Translations under genes and position numbers: made by a program | In this document: one piece after another, positions 39,940 through 51,170 of the stretch | How the letters are laid out: each line of letters opens with the position of its first letter | Numbering within the stretch: position 1 is the first letter of the stretch | Assembly: GCF_006345805.1 (NCBI RefSeq) | Contig: NC_042999.1 | Coordinates: forward strand, 51,522,001 to 51,586,000 | Origin: Octopus sinensis | Taxonomy: Eukaryota | Reading direction: 5' to 3' | DNA length: 64,000 nucleotides | Notes under the pieces: generated by a model | What the model was told of the DNA's origin: nothing | The model's database searches: none | Seen by the model: only the letters and a program-made list of their open reading frames with translations

Positions 39940-40160
39940 TATTTCTTTATTGCCCACATAGAGAGGACAAACAAGGACAGACAAAGGGATTAAGTCGATT
40001 ACATCGGCCCCAGTGCGAAACTGGTACTTAATTTATCGACCCCGAAAGGATGAAAGGCAAAGTCGACCTCGGCGGAATTTGAACTCAGAACGTAACGACA
40101 GACGAAATACCGCTAAGCATTTCGCCCGGCGCGCTAACGTGTCTGCCAGCTCGCCGCCTT
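39940..40160 (-). mobile_element. SINE family B with 16-bp TSD
   Basis: TSD GCGTTATAATAATATA (39924-39939 / 40161-40176); full head present. Confidence 0.92.
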
Positions 40161-40254
40161 GCGTTATAATAATATAAGCAAGTTAAAAGAAGCCGAGGAC
40201 TAAAATCATTCCAAAGCATACTTCAGCTAATCTATAAAGAATACCAAAACGAGA

Positions 40255-40695
40255 CTTTTATCTTTTACTTGTTTCAGCCATGCTGGGGCACCGCCTGGAA
40301 GAAGTTTCAGTCGAATGAATCAATGCCAGTAGTTGTTTGTTTTTAAAGCCTGGTCTGGTCCTTAGTATTCTTTTAACGAACCATTACGTTACAGAGATGT
40401 GAACGCATCAGCACCGGTTGTCAATCGGTGGCAGGGAACACACACAGACGTAAGGACACACACACATGTAACACACACATACACATACACAAACACACAG
40501 CACGCACAACACACATTACACACACACTCATACGACATGCTTCTTTCAGTTTCTTTCTACCAAATCCGCTCACAAGTCTTTAGTCGATCCGAGGCAAGAG
40601 TAGAAGACACTTTCCCAAAATACCATGCAGTGGGACTGAACCCGGAACCATGTAGTTTACAAGCAAACTTCTTAATACACAGTTACACCTGTGCC
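40255..40695 (-). mobile_element. SINE family A, diverged
   Basis: Colinear with the reverse complement of 11649-12110. Confidence 0.8.
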
Positions 40696-41385
40696 TATAT
40701 GGATTTCTAAAGATACTCTTATTTTGAATTAATTGGCAGTTAAACCTAATCAGGATATTGGTGTCAATTTTATGACGACAGTGGTAAACCACCTAGCATT
40801 AAAAAACAGTTGCTTTGTTAATGAATCTAATGAGTATTTTTTTATTTTTTTTCTAGTTTCTGTTTATATATTTTCATAATTTTACTGACAACAAACTTAT
40901 TTTTAATGAAAGAACTTAATCACCAATAACAAAGACACGATGAAGCATTCTTTAAGAAATGTTCAATCTTTTAATATTCAGTAAATGAACGCAGAAGGTT
41001 AAATGTTTTACCACGCAATTTCTTTGACAAATGATTCATCTGCTTTCAACATAACCTTTGACCTTTGACCAATTCCATTCATTTGCTACAAATGTCTAAC
41101 TTAAAATAAATGTTCATTTTTATCAAACAATGAATAAATATATTGGTTCCTGGTGCAAGACCATTAATGTGGTTAAGAGGCTCATTTTGGTGTCACATTG
41201 TGATGGTGATGCCATTTTCAACCATATTGCCTGGCACCTTGGGCAAGTATCTTCTTTTACATAGTCTACGGCTAGTCAACACTTTGAGTTTGACATTGGC
41301 TAGACATCATCTATTCAAAATCTCTATATACACACAGGCGCGGGCGCGCGCGTGTGTATGTATGTATACTTTCTTTTCTTTCTTT

Positions 41386-41765
41386 CTTTTACTTGTTTCA
41401 GTCATTTGACTGCGGCCATGCTGGAGCACCGCCTTTAATCGAGCAACTCGACCCCGAGACTTATTCTTTTGTAAGCCCAGTACTTATTCTATCGGTCTCT
41501 TTTGCCGAGCCGCTAAGTAACGGAGACATAATCACACCAGCATCGGTTGTCAAGCAATGCTAGGGGACAAACACAGACACACAAACACACACACGCATAT
41601 ATATACGTATACATATATACGACGGGCTTCTTTTAGTTTCCGTCTACCAAATCCACTCACAAGGCTTTGGTCGGCCCGAAGCTATAGTAGAAGACACTTG
41701 CCCAAGTGAACCCGGAACCATGTGGTTGGTAGACAAGCTACTTACCACACAGCCACTCCTGCGCC
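41386..41765 (-). mobile_element. SINE family A with short deletion in the head
   Basis: Colinear; lacks about 17 nt (GTGCCACGCAGTGGGAC) near 41706. Confidence 0.9.
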
Positions 41766-41875
41766 TATATGTATGTATAATTTTTCTTCGAGTTTTATTC
41801 AAGTTCTTGAGAGAATTCAAGCCGGTCGCTAACAAAACAAGACGTTTTAAGTTGAGTTCCTGGTATTTGTATATA

Positions 41876-43413
41876 CAGCCTTGGCCAAAAGTATTAGGCC
41901 ACCTCAATATTTTGGGGTTCTGTTATCTCAATGCTAATGAAACTCGTGCAAATGGTAGATTATGGTATATTTCACAATATACATTAGTTTTAACATCTAG
42001 TTGACCCTCCTTTAGCAGCAATTTACCGCTTTTATACTGTAGTGTACATATGCAACCAATTATGAGTAAGACCAACGTCCAAAATGAACCTATGTTTCTT
42101 TGATTATATCAGAGTTTTATACTAAAATATGTTGTAGATAAAATTAATAAACAGTAAAATGCCTAAAACAAGTGAGTTGAGTGAGTGTGAGCGAGGTCAA
42201 ATCGTAGCTCATCATGAAGATGGAATGTCTCAAAGGCAAATTGCTCAGATGAAATGTTCTCGATGTGCGGTGCAAACGACTCTCAAGCGAAGCGCTTCAG
42301 AGAGACAAAAGATGTGAAGACAATACAAAGAACAGGTACAAAAACTGTTACATCACCTCGTGATGACAAATCCATCATCTGTCAGTGGCTCAGAAACAGG
42401 CGAAAAACACTGTCGGAGCTCTGTGCGGACTTCAATTAGGCAAGTACTTCACAAATATCAACCATTACAGTTAGAAGAAGGCTTGTAGAGTATGGTCTGA
42501 AAGGCTGTAAAGCCAGGAAAAAGCCATGGGTTTCTGAAGCGAGTATGGGAAAACGTCTTCGGTGGGCCAAAAACCACTCAAATTGGACCAGTGAGCAATG
42601 GTCGAAAATCATATGGCCTGAAGTAAGATAGTACATGTATTTAATCAACATACAAACTTAATGTAACTGGTTGTTTTCCCAAAATATATAAAAAAAGTAT
42701 CCAACATAAAGCTAATATTAGTTTTCTTGTTTTTACTCAGGTTTTCAGTAGATCTGGTGCAACTTTCGTGCGTCGTAGAGTTGGGGAAGCATTTAAGGCT
42801 GAATGTCTGGTACCAACCGTAAAGCATGGGGTGGATCTAGACATTGGTGTGGGCCTGCATGTCTACCATAGGACCGGGAGAAATATTTTTATGTCAGAGA
42901 AGGATGAATTCAGCTACCTATGTTTCTATGTTATTGGATGTTTTAGAGGCACCAATTTTTAAATTGCATCCAGGAGTGTCGAAAAATAGTGTTATCTTTC
43001 AACAGGACAACGCTCCATGTCATACAGCAAAGAATACTCATCAATGGTTTGAGTCAAAAGGTATTGTTCCCATGGATTGGCCAGCTCAAAGTCCCTATCT
43101 AAATCCAATCGAACACCTATGGGGAACTCTTGGTGAAGCTATCAGGAACACAACAGTTAGAAATAAAGAGCATTTGTACCAAAAAGTTGAGAGAAGAATG
43201 GAGTAAAATTGTGCCTAGCACCTACAAGAAACTAGTTGATTCAATGCCCAACCCTATAAAAGCAGTAATTGATGCTAAAGGAGCGTCAACCAGATGTCAA
43301 AACTAATGTATACTGTGAAATATATTATAATCTACCATGTGCACGGGTTTCATTAACATTGAGATATCAGAACTCCAAAACATTGGGTTGGCGTAATACT
43401 TTTGGCCAAGGCT
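41876..43413 (+). mobile_element. Tc1 transposon, 1538 bp, ~160-bp TIRs, TA TSD
   Basis: TA|CAGCCTTGGCCAAAAGTATT ... AATACTTTGGCCAAGGCTG|TA. TIRs 41876-42036 and 43255-43413. Confidence 0.92.
42159..43306 (+). pseudogene. Tc1 DD34E transposase, frameshifted, with putative 118-bp intron (42623-42740)
   Basis: MPKTSELSECERGQIV..; VFSRSGATFVRRRVGE..CLVPTVKHG; FQQDNAPCH-34 aa-SPYLNPIEHLW. First catalytic D region deleted. GTAAGA..CTAAT..TTTTACTCAG intron signals. Confidence 0.85.
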
Positions 43414-43657
43414 GTATGTAGTTGAGTCGTTCTGTTGGCTGAACAGTCGATACAGTCACCTTAGTATGTGCATCTATTCACTTAAGAATCTCTCATGCAG
43501 ACTTTTTGGAATGTCTTACATATTTTCACTATGCCACTAATAGATTGGATTGGGAGAATCTGTGTCAGTTTCTTTTGCTTTTTTTCCGTGAAACCGAGTA
43601 TTTCTAGATTTTTCTGCTAATTTGTAGGTACGTAACCTAATACAATTGTGGTGATAG

Positions 43658-45879
43658 CAGCCATGTAGCCAGCTGATTGCAACTGGGGGTGCTATCTTGA
43701 TAGGTGGGGTGCTGAACAAGTGTACGGACAAAAGCTCCTACTCAAAGTGTGAAAGTGGACAAAAGCCCCATGCTTATATTTTTCGGTTATTTTTTCGTTT
43801 TTTGCCACATTTCTATTCTTTCAGTCTCGGAGAGTAAATTAATATTATTTGTATTATTTATGGAATTAGTCTTATTCTAAAAACCACATTCGAGTATCAG
43901 TACTTTATTATAATAGGGTGTGCTTTGTTAAAGGAACACAAATCAGATGAAATACTGCATAAATATACTAATTGTTTTTAAACCAAATTATAACAATTAG
44001 TGGGTGACTGCATATATGGAGGGAACATATCTTTATTATCAAGCATGATGGCCAGCTATTGTCTTCAAGAGAGATCACGCTAAGTTTACCACTACACAGC
44101 CACGTAGCCGGCCGATTGCAACTGGGGGTGCTATCTTGATAGCTGGGGGTGCTGAACAGGGGTACGGACAAAAGCTCCTACTTAAAGTGTGAAAGTGGAC
44201 AAAAGCCCCATGCTTATATTTTTCGTTTTTTTTTTCCATATTTCTTGACTCCTAACCTGGTCAAAACTTCTGATATATTTCGTTTTTATTTTCATTTTAT
44301 TTGTTGCAATCATTAAACTGAGGCCATGCTGGGGCATCACCTCGAATAATTTTTAGTCGAATCTATCGACTCCAATATTTTAAAAATGATTTTCAACAAG
44401 CACATAGTTAAGCCTAAAAGTTCTTTCTACATGCTAGAGATAACAGCCAGATCTTTAAACATTATTTTTATATAATTTCAAATAAACATCGACCACGACT
44501 GTGTCTTCTCAACAATTCGATGATTTCGTTTTGCATTGCTGCTGAGTTGTAGGTCGCAATTTTTGGAATCGTGCTGTAACATTCCATTAGCTTTGAGTCT
44601 TCCTCTAATGTGTACAGAAATAATTTCATAACAAAGATCCCGAAAAGATTCATTTTCGTTTCTTCGAAAAGGTAATTCGTTTGCACAAAGAAAATGAACA
44701 ATATTAACAATGGAACTGATATAATAACGGTTTTTGCTCAACTGATCATTTTGCAAGATTGAAGATACGGATGTTGTTGTGGATAAACGCTATTGGCGTC
44801 CCTTTGTTTTTTTCTTTTGCATGATGCCAATTAGAATATCCATTTTTAATAAAACAATTACCAGATTGAGCAGAAGTATTAAAGTGCCGACAAGCAAAAC
44901 AAAACAAGGCTTTCTTTGAAAGAGAATACTCTAACCATGGACGACCAGTATACCAGATTGACGAGAAGTCACATCTCTGATTTCCATAAATTTTTGGATC
45001 AAACTTTGCTAGAACTGGCTGCACTGGTTGGCAGTCGACCTGTCCTAGATCATCCAATAAAGGTGTCAAAGACTTTGCAAGACCTCCCTTGAGCTGCGAA
45101 ACTTCGTTTGCAATTCTCTTCTGTTTGGCATTATTAAATGAATCAGAATGGAAATTCAGCAATGATTGCTTCAGTTTTCTTTTTCGGTAAAGGTTTATTA
45201 TTTTTAGGCACCGATATTTGCAATAATTAATTCTAAGGTAGAATATCGTAGTAAGAGTAACAATTTCTTAAAATTTATGCATTTTAAAATTAAACTCGAA
45301 AGATATTTCAGTTCAAGCAGTTTTTTTTTCAATTTCTTCAAAGTTATGCTTTTTTAGTTAAACACAAAATAATTTCAGTATAAACTTTGTTTAAAGAGTA
45401 AGAAAAATTATTCAGTGAAAGTTCTCGCTTGAAAAATACTTTCTGAATCTATATTTTGGGAAATTTCAAAAATTTTCTTTCCTTTTTCGCGAATATTAAT
45501 CCTCTCTGACCAGTAGAAATAAAATGACTTTTTAATGTCCGTCTCTGTTCATATATATACGTGTGTAGTGATGCGTTTACTACCATAAATCTCTAACTAC
45601 AGCAACAATTCTTCACATACTTTTCAACAGCAACAACGACAATCACCAGCACCGCTGTCGCCACCACGAGCACCACCACCACAACAAAAACAACTGACCC
45701 AGCATCACCCAACTGACCAGCTCTAATTTACTCACATTTTCATATCACTAACTACGAAATCAAAAGAAATTCAATTTATTGCATCTTTAGCGACTTCAGA
45801 TATTGCTTGTGGTGGAGGGGTTGAGATTCTAACTGGGGGTGCTGAGCACCCCATACCCCACCCCGTAGCTACGTGCCTG
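43658..45879 (-). mobile_element. hAT transposon (Tip100/ZnF-TTF type), internally deleted, 8-bp TSD
   Basis: TIRs CAGCCATGTAGC / GCTACGTGCCTG. TSD GGTGATAG (43650-43657) vs GGTGACAG (45880-45887). One terminus is duplicated internally at 44097-44230. Confidence 0.85.
44468..45162 (-). pseudogene. hAT transposase N-terminal remnant (ZnF-TTF plus DUF4371-like region)
   Basis: WYTGRPWLEYSLSKKALFCFACRHF..GYSNW; KNRYYISSIVNIVHFLCANELPFRR; PKIATYNSAAMQNEIIELL in three frames; no DDE domain. Confidence 0.8.
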
Positions 45880-46164
45880 GGTGACAGGTACAAATGAGAA
45901 TTTATAGTCAGAGTACAAGAGCTGTAAGTTCCGCTTTAATTCGCTGTAAATGTTTTCTTTTACCTGAACTTTTGATTGTAGATCCGCATCCGTTTTGAAG
46001 CTGACTTCTACAGCAGTGCATGTCCACGGAACAATATCAGGTATTTATTGAGGTATTCCACCAGTATTTCTTGTTTTTTAAAGCTGTAAATACATCTGTT
46101 TTCTGATGTGTCTTTGATGTATACATCATAATTCCTCATCTCTTAAGTATAGGACGGACCTTTG

Positions 46165-46279
46165 AAGCCTAGTACTTATTCTATCGATCTCTTTTGCCGA
46201 ACCGCTAAGTCACGGGGACGTGAACACACCAGCATCGGTTGTCAAGCGATGTTAGGGGGACATACATAGACACACAAAC

Positions 46280-46329
<50 letters not shown>

Positions 46330-46640
46330 GATGGGCTTCTTTCAGTTTCCATCTACAAATCCCGAGGCTATAGTAAAAGACACTTGCCAAGGTGTCACGC
46401 AGTGGGACCGAACCCAGAACCATGTGGTTGGTAAGCAAGCTACTTACCACACAGTCACTCCTGCCGTCTGCCGTTACGTTCTGAGTTCAAATTCCGCCGA
46501 GGTCGACTTTGCCTTTCATCCTTTCGGGGTCGATAAATAAAGTACCAGTTACGCACTGAGGTCGATGTAATCGACTTCATCCGTTTGTCTGTCCTTGTTT
46601 GTCCCCTCTGTGTTTAGCCCCTTGTGGGTAGTAAAGAAAT
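46165..46640. mobile_element. SINE A (minus, 46165-46460) abutting a headless SINE B unit (plus, 46463-46640)
   Basis: Junction CACTCCTGC|CGTCTGCCGTTACG. Confidence 0.8.
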
Positions 46641-46849
46641 ATATATATATATATTTGATTAATTTCATGCCTCAAGGACACACACACACACACAGCCACA
46701 CACACACACCACACATAAGTGAGCTTGAAAGAATATATATAAGACCCTTGCTACGACGAAAATGTTTTTAGACTTGTGTTTTCATATGATGTAGCTCTTG
46801 TAGCTAATTCTTTCCTTCCCATATAAAGGAAATAAAATCAATTCCATCG

Positions 46850-47540
46850 CTTCTTTTGATGATGAAATAGTAGATATGATCGCCAAGGCTTGTGATGTCT
46901 TTGGAAAGCAGCGAGTAAAAGTCTACAATGCGAGAGGATTGAGTTTAGAAAGCATAATCTTAGTTTACTGTAAAGTTGTAATCTCAACATTGCTGAATGG
47001 GTCTGAATCGTGTATACCAAATAGAAAACCTATCAAACAGCTAAATACTTTCCCAAAATGATGTCTTAGAAATATTTGTGGTTTCACTGGGAAAGACAAA
47101 ATGTCTGATGAACAGCTGTTTCATAAACGTGACATGCAAAGCAAAACAGCGTTCTTGATGCTGTCTCAGTTAAGATGGGCTGGCCATGTTGCTTGGATGA
47201 ATGATGGAAGGCTACCGAAAATTCTCACTTATGGCCATCTTCAAACGGGAGTACGAAATATAAGGAAGACCCCTTCTTAGATACAAGAATAAGCTGAAGA
47301 GGAATATACGAAGCATATTGGAATTGAAGCACAAGAATTTGAGAAATGTGCTGTTGGACGTAACGGATGGAGGAAGATCTCTCAAAGTGGCATCATGAGC
47401 CATTTCGATAGAAGGGTTGAGCGCGTAACTCAAAAGAATGCAGTTCTGTGTGCAAAGGATGCCGTCTGGTTTGCAAAGAACAAGCAGGTTTAGTGTCTCA
47501 CAGAAGACACAAAAGCCAAAATCTGGAGTAAAAATGAAAG
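46850..47540 (+). mobile_element. RTE-clade LINE, ORF C-terminus, degraded
   Basis: RGLSLES.ILVYCKVVISTLLNGSES..; LSQLRWAGHVAWMNDGRLPKILTYGHL..GR..LRYKNKLK typical of the RTE C-terminus. Confidence 0.8.
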
Positions 47541-47587
47541 TCAAATTCTTTGACTTTTGTGCGTCGAATACAACGAGAGACAGACGG

Positions 47588-47665
<78 letters not shown>

Positions 47666-47845
47666 AAGAGAGAGAGAGAGAGGGAGAGAGAGGGAGAGAG
47701 AGAGAGAGAAAGAGAGATAGAGAGCAAGAGAGAAACGAAAGAGTGTTCATCATGTATGTATATGTATGTATGTGTGTATATATAACACACACACACACAC
47801 ACACATACATATATATGTATGTGTATCTATGTATACATATATTTA

Positions 47846-49140
47846 TTGGGTTGGCTACTAAGTTCCCGCCGTTTTTTAAAATTTAAATTTTTTTAAAGGT
47901 TTAATAAAAAATATGACAACTAATTAATCAATAATGTATTCACCCTTGTTGTTTACAACTTCTTCCCAACGTTCAACAAGATTTTCAATACCTCGTTGGT
48001 AGAAATCACTGGAGTTCGACTCGAAAAATTGATCCAACCAAGCTCTCAATTCTGCATCAGTATTGAACGAAACGCCACGCATAGCATTTGAAAGAGATCG
48101 AAAGAGGTGGAAATCTGTTGGTGCCAAATCAAGAAAGTACGGCGAGTGTGGCAGCATTTCCCAGCCATGCGTATGAATGGCTTCCTTAGTCATATTTGCA
48201 ATATGAAGGCGGGCGTTGTCGTGCAGCAGAAGAACTCCAACCTGCCGGTTAGGTCTTTTCTCTTGAATAGCCATGTTGAGTCGTTCCATCTGTTGAGAGT
48301 TTGGTTCTATTCAAGCAATTTGTAAATGATAATCCCTTCCCAGTCCCACCATACGGACAACACCGTTTTACGCGGATGAAGATCTTGTTTCACGCGCGGT
48401 GTCGCTTGTTTACTGGGGCTAAGCCATTCCATACGCTGCTTCATATTGATGTACAGGCACCATTTTTCGTCGCCAATAACGATTCGGTAAAGAAATCGTT
48501 GTTTGTGTCCATGAGTTGAGCGGTGACGAGCAAGCAAACCAGCGGAGATTGTGACTCGTTGATTTTTGTTGTTGTCACTTAAAGCATGCGGAACCCATGC
48601 TCCATACTTCTGAACCTTTCCCATCGAGTGAAGATGCTTCTCTATAGCAGTGTGGGAGCATTCTATTTTCTCTACCAGTTCCTTTGTCGTTTGGCGAGAA
48701 TTTTCGTGCAAAAGTTGGTTTAATCGCTCTTCATCGAACTTAACTGGACGGCCAGAACGAGGTGTGTCTTTGAGGTCAAAATTTTCATTTTTGAACTTGG
48801 CGTACCAATCATGAGCGGTTCTTTCAGCTATGGCACCTTCTCCATACACAGCACAAATGTCGCGAGCAGTTTTTGCGGCCTTAGAACCTTGATTAAAAGC
48901 AAAAAGAAGGAGGTATCGAAAATGGTCGTTTTTCTTAACTTGACATTCCATTTTAATGATATGAAAATAAGCAAAAATTAACTAAAATTAACTAGAAAAA
49001 GCAACAAAAAAAACCCAACAAAACAAAATAGATTCCAAAATGATTCAAAAATAGAATTCTCGAAAAAAATAGATTCCAAAATTTAAAAACGCAATAAATT
49101 CCAAAATTAAAAAAAAAACGGCGGTAACTTAGTTGCCAAC

Positions 49141-49144
<4 letters not shown>
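47846..49144 (-). mobile_element. Mariner transposon, 1299 bp, ~31-bp TIRs, TA TSD
   Basis: TA|TTGGGTTGGCTACTAAGTTCCCGCCGTTTTT ... AAAAACGGCGGTAACTTAGTTGCCAACCCAA|TA (2 TIR mismatches). Confidence 0.93.
47924..48951 (-). pseudogene. Mariner DD34D transposase with one stop plus small deletion/frameshift near 48295-48310
   Basis: RSGRP, WVPHAL, GDEKW, HDNAR-34 aa-LDLAPTDFHLF motifs. Confidence 0.92.
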
Positions 49145-49236
<92 letters not shown>

Positions 49237-49237
<1 letters not shown>

Positions 49238-49392
49238 CAAAGTAAGCACATAAATGTGAAATAAGGCGGGTAAAAATAGTACTGGAACACCTGAGGTAAA
49301 GTAATATGGTTATTATTATTAAAGCCGCAAGAACATCAGTAAAATATGATGTATTATTTTTGTGATGTTTTGCAGCTTCAATAATAATAAGG
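49237..49392. mobile_element. Repeat terminus ending in an imperfect inverted repeat
   Basis: TTATTATTATTAAAGCCGCAAGAACATCA (~49310-49338) vs TGATGTTTTGCAGCTTCAATAATAATAA (~49363-49390). PLE affinity recalled from memory only. Confidence 0.45.
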
Positions 49393-49404
49393 TATATATA
49401 TATA

Positions 49405-49618
49405 GTTAATCGAAACATGAAAACAAAAAAAAAAACACAACAACGCGAGGTCGTGGAACAAATATAGTATTATTGGATGCTCAGGAAAGAAGGAAAGAAG
49501 GAGGGTTTAACGTTTCGAGCGGAGCTCTTCGTTGGAAACATAGGAGAAGGAAAGATCCAGAGAAGGGAAGACAGAGGAAAAAAATCGCCAACGGTACACA
49601 CGCAGTCACATTTTGAAT
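49405..49618 (-). mobile_element. 210-bp PLE-like terminal cassette in (TA)n, inverted twin of 31371-31580
   Basis: Minus strand GTTT-CCAACGA-A-GAGC(TCC)GCTC-GAAAC-GTT-AAAC at 49505-49539. Confidence 0.65.
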
Positions 49619-49642
49619 GCATTTTGATATATATATATATAT

Positions 49643-49683
<41 letters not shown>

Positions 49684-49924
49684 TATATACATATACTAAT
49701 TCTATACTTATTGGTTTGACTTGCAGGAAGGGGCTTTAGTGTTCGCAGCCCTCACGGGACTGGTGAGATCGATTTGCTTAACATTGTTGTTGAACAATTT
49801 GCAAGTTGATGGTTGCAGCAAAATCAAGTGCTCTTTCAGAGTATATTTTTTCTGGAAGGTAAGGGTTGGCTGTAATGGAAGGGTATGAATGGAAGAAAGA
49901 GTCAGTCGGAAGCACCATAGGAGC

Positions 49925-50168
49925 GAATTCATACCTATTTCTTTACTACCCACAAGGGGCTAAACACAGAGAGGACAAACAAGGACAGACAAACGGATTA
50001 AGTCGATTATATCGACTCCAGTGCGTAACTGGTACTTATTTAATCGACTCTGAAAGGATGAAAGGCGAAGTCGACCTCGGTGGAATATGAACTCAGAACG
50101 TAACGGTAGACGAAATACCGCTCAGGATTTCGCCCGGCGTGCTAACGTTTCTGCCAGCTCGCCGCCTT
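49925..50168 (-). mobile_element. SINE family B, full length; tail ends with GAAATAGGTAT
   Basis: Reverse complement of array unit 1. Confidence 0.9.
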
Positions 50169-50456
50169 CAGGAGCGAATTCATGCCATTAAGCGGAGGAG
50201 CAGTTTTTTTCGGATGTTGTTCAGGCTTTACTTGTTTACTGTTCATGTTGACGATGGAAAGGAGGAAGAGGTTTGGGTGGGGAGGTACGGTACTATTTTC
50301 GTGATATGTACTATGATTATATCTTTTGACACTGTTGAAAGCGCTGTTGTTGGCATGCAGCAGCAGGGTAAGTGATTTTCTTTAAGTGTTGGGAACCTTG
50401 TGCTTTAGATAAACTCTTGCAATGCAGCTATGAGTGAACCACTTGGAGATTATGCA

Positions 50457-50489
<33 letters not shown>

Positions 50490-51044
50490 TTTTAAGTGTG
50501 GAGAGGCATGGCTTCAGTCAGAGTTCCATCTGTTTCTGATGAGTGAAGGGGGATTGTTTGCATAGAAATTACGGATCTCGGAGTAATCAGCTGACTCGAA
50601 GGGTCATAAGGGCCATGCGGAGCAAGGGTAGAAGGCATTATATGAGGATGTGTGGAGGGAGAGTAAGGCAAAAATCGAGCGACGTGATCGGAGCAGAGAC
50701 AGTGAGGGTTTGGTAGATGTTAGCTTTGGAAGTGAGAGAAAGAGAGAAAGAGAGAGAGGGATGAAGAAAAGAGAGAGAGGAGGGAGAGAGAGAGAGATAT
50801 GTAAAAGTTACTGGAACATTTGCATGTCGTTCAGAGAGATGTAGAGAAAATGGCGTAATTTACAGTAGAGTGCTGAGGATTGTAAAGGATGTGGCTTCTG
50901 GTGAGATGTGGAGTGGGAGTGTGTGTAAGAGAAGACGAGATGTGAGTATAGGCCAATGTAAGAAGGGACATAACTTTGTTGTTAGCGGTTGGAGGATAAG
51001 GGAGGAGTGAGATGTCGTTCTTGGAATTGATATTCAGATGAAAA

Positions 51045-51170
51045 AGGTGAGTTGTAACCGGGTGGAATCTGTATTGATATCCAGGTGAGAAAGGTAAGCT
51101 GTAGTCAGGTGGAATCTGTATTGATATCCAGGTGAGAGAGGTAAGCTGTAGCCGGGTGGAATCTGTATTG
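51045..51170. repeat. 47-bp tandem repeat, ~2.7 copies
   Basis: GGTGGAATCTGTATTG starts at 51061, 51108 and 51155. Confidence 0.9.

Larger units (their letters stand above)
41770..46130 (-). mobile_element. R4/Dong LINE 3' end acting as host for Tc1 and hAT insertions
   Basis: 46130-45880 encodes KKYWWNTSIN..VEVS..KENIYSELKRNLQLLYSDYKFSFVPV; 43650-43416 continues LGYVPT..LEILGF..SISGIVKICKTFQK; the 3'UTR resumes at 41873-41770. Confidence 0.8.

Noticed and set aside
49700-49920. Possible PLE C-terminus with hammerhead remnant (GGGCT..AGCCC stem)
   Set aside because: Core is incomplete and GAAA is missing.
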